DNA of 63,978 bases, filler included, from Choristocarpus tenellus KU-1152 (taxonomy: Eukaryota > Protista > Phaeophyceae): the NCBI GenBank assembly GCA_964200185.2. It is 13 parts of 13 records of this genome, joined end to end, with 100 filler letters (N's around TTAATTAATTAA, not from the genome) between each part and the next. Parts side by side here need not be neighbours in the genome. Positions count along the whole stretch, not along the records: positions 61,180 to 63,978 come from CAXNAD020024653.1; 12 more parts are not named here. One strand, given 5' to 3'. The notes under the pieces were generated by a model that did no database searches, was not told the origin of the DNA, and was given only the letters and a program-made list of their open reading frames with translations. The position numbers were made by a program, and so were the translations under genes. Positions within the stretch are counted from its first letter, which is position 1. The number at the start of each line of letters is the position of its first letter. Positions 62,207 to 63,978 of the stretch are shown here, in pieces.

Positions 62207-63978
62207 AATAAATATACAATTAATAATTGTGTGCAAACATTGTACCTAAGAAGAGGTCCGTAAGTAAGAGACTAGTTTGTGCCACCTCCATTGCTGCAAA
62301 AACCCTCGAAATATTACTATGGTTACAATTACTGTATAACATTCAAGAGTGTAGTTATGTCCCCCTAAAAAAGTCTGAGAACGGCATATAGCAACATGTC
62401 AAGTGTAGGATGACTTTCGGAATGGTGTAGCTACTCTATATTTCCTCTTGTAATCACACAAAATCAGTTGTACTTCGTCACAGAAATATGAGACGGGGCA
62501 GAATCAAATCTGGGTCCAGAACGCTCTAACAACGTACACGAAACCTGTGCTATGTGTACCTTGAATCTATCACTGAATATTGGTGAAATATATTATGCTG
62601 GAACATTACGCAACATCTCCTGGTACAGTGGTGGTAGTGGTTGAGGGGTGATTTGTGTAACACACACGCATGTAATCCATTTTGCTCAATTCAATATATT
62701 TATAAAATGCCAAATCTCCATTACAATAGAACGTTCGTAATGGTTGTTTTATGACCTCATTAGAACGATTTGTGATTCTCATATAATTATTCGTCAAGGT
62801 TGGAACTCTCCCCCCCCCATTATACAAAACTCCATCCTACAAATCCAAACATCAGTGTATCAACACATGTTTCATTGATATTATTTGTTAGTGTTCTTTA
62901 TTGATATTATTGCTATATTGTTAGTGTTTTGTTTCTGGTTATGGTTATTACTATTCCTATTGTTATTGCATCATATAAATGGGGGATTTTTGCTTCCCCC
63001 TCGGCAATATAAAGTGGGAAACGCTTCTTCTTAAGCCAATAGGCTACGATCAAAACCATGAAATAGCTTTGGGGTTGGGCCATCAAGAATGACGTGAGAA
63101 AGCGTACAAGCTGCACCCAATCCTTGACACCCTGTATAGATAGGTTCGACACAGGCGGCCATTTGGACAACATTTAGAAAATATCATTGAACAATTCTAT
63201 TTCGTGATGTGGCAAGGTCAAACACCATCAAATCCAGATTTTTTCAGCTACCTCTGAACCCTTCATTGGGGCAACTCCTTGCCCCCTAAACAACCGCCCC
63301 CCTAGACAGGGAGGAGAAGACCCCCCATCAGCTACAAGACACCCACTTAATAACATGACAATGACAATACAACAAACATTAAGGCATGTACATCCCGTAG
63401 CCTGTGTAGAACTCAGTATCCATTAACTGAATTTATACCATCGTATCGATCCTTCGACTTCCGCATTCAAACCCTCTACACTACTTTATTGAATAATTTT
63501 ATGTTGGTGTGTCGGATTTTATGACCCCTTTCTTTCTAGATGTACTCACTTACATGTTGGCTAACCATCGCTAGTTTTTTTTTTTGTTTCAAACAGATTT
63601 TTCTCTACCAATCCTGAAACCCTTCTCCCCCAGATCGGAGGGGTAACCCCATGCTCTAAGCAGGCCAGCAGACAGTCAGACTGCTACTACTGTAGGTATT
63701 GTGGTCGGCTCAGCACCTTTTTCTTTTTTCTACTTCGAAGTATATATTACAATACCCTCTGACATCTCTTGCATATGTGTCAGGGGATCGAGAAAAGATC
63801 GAATCTAAGCCACAGAAACTATATATTAAATAAATAGGATAGAAGAAGAAGAGTGGTACGTTCGCAAGAATTCTTTCTAAAACGTGAACTGAACTATACA
63901 CAACAGCCACTGGGAGAATATTCCCCTAACGAAGACAATTTAACCTAAAGTATCTGGGGGGGGGGGGGTCTACACCAG

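Noticed and set aside
3822-63978. CRISPR-like reading of the recurring AAAGTATCT repeats
   Set aside because: They are dispersed inverted termini of MITEs with TSDs, not direct repeats with spacers; no cas genes and a eukaryotic context.

Overview
Intron-rich, repeat-dense eukaryotic genomic DNA; a stramenopile or brown-alga-like origin is inferred from gene style and TTAGGG-type repeats, not proven. The window is about 13 contigs joined by artificial 100-bp N-TTAATTAATTAA-N linkers. Host genes: the last two exons of adenylosuccinate lyase; a complete 3-exon LSm3; two exons of a DUF6492/GT-A-like protein; a minus-strand IQ-like coiled-coil gene head-to-head with an ERGIC-53/VIP36-type L-lectin gene; an exon with 24-aa tandem repeats; and a tentative multi-exon gene of unknown function. 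Much of the rest is transposon-derived. There are about 30 copies or fragments of five MITE families sharing one terminal core, two remnants of a DD39D-like mariner with about 50-bp TIRs, Copia gag and RNase H fragments, an RTE LINE tail and several LTR-like repeats. The most interesting signal is the 3' end of an LTR retrotransposon whose ORF ends in a Tudor-like domain and whose 3' region carries two polypurine tracts, each inside a hairpin conserved in two copies. All calls were made by eye, with no database searches.
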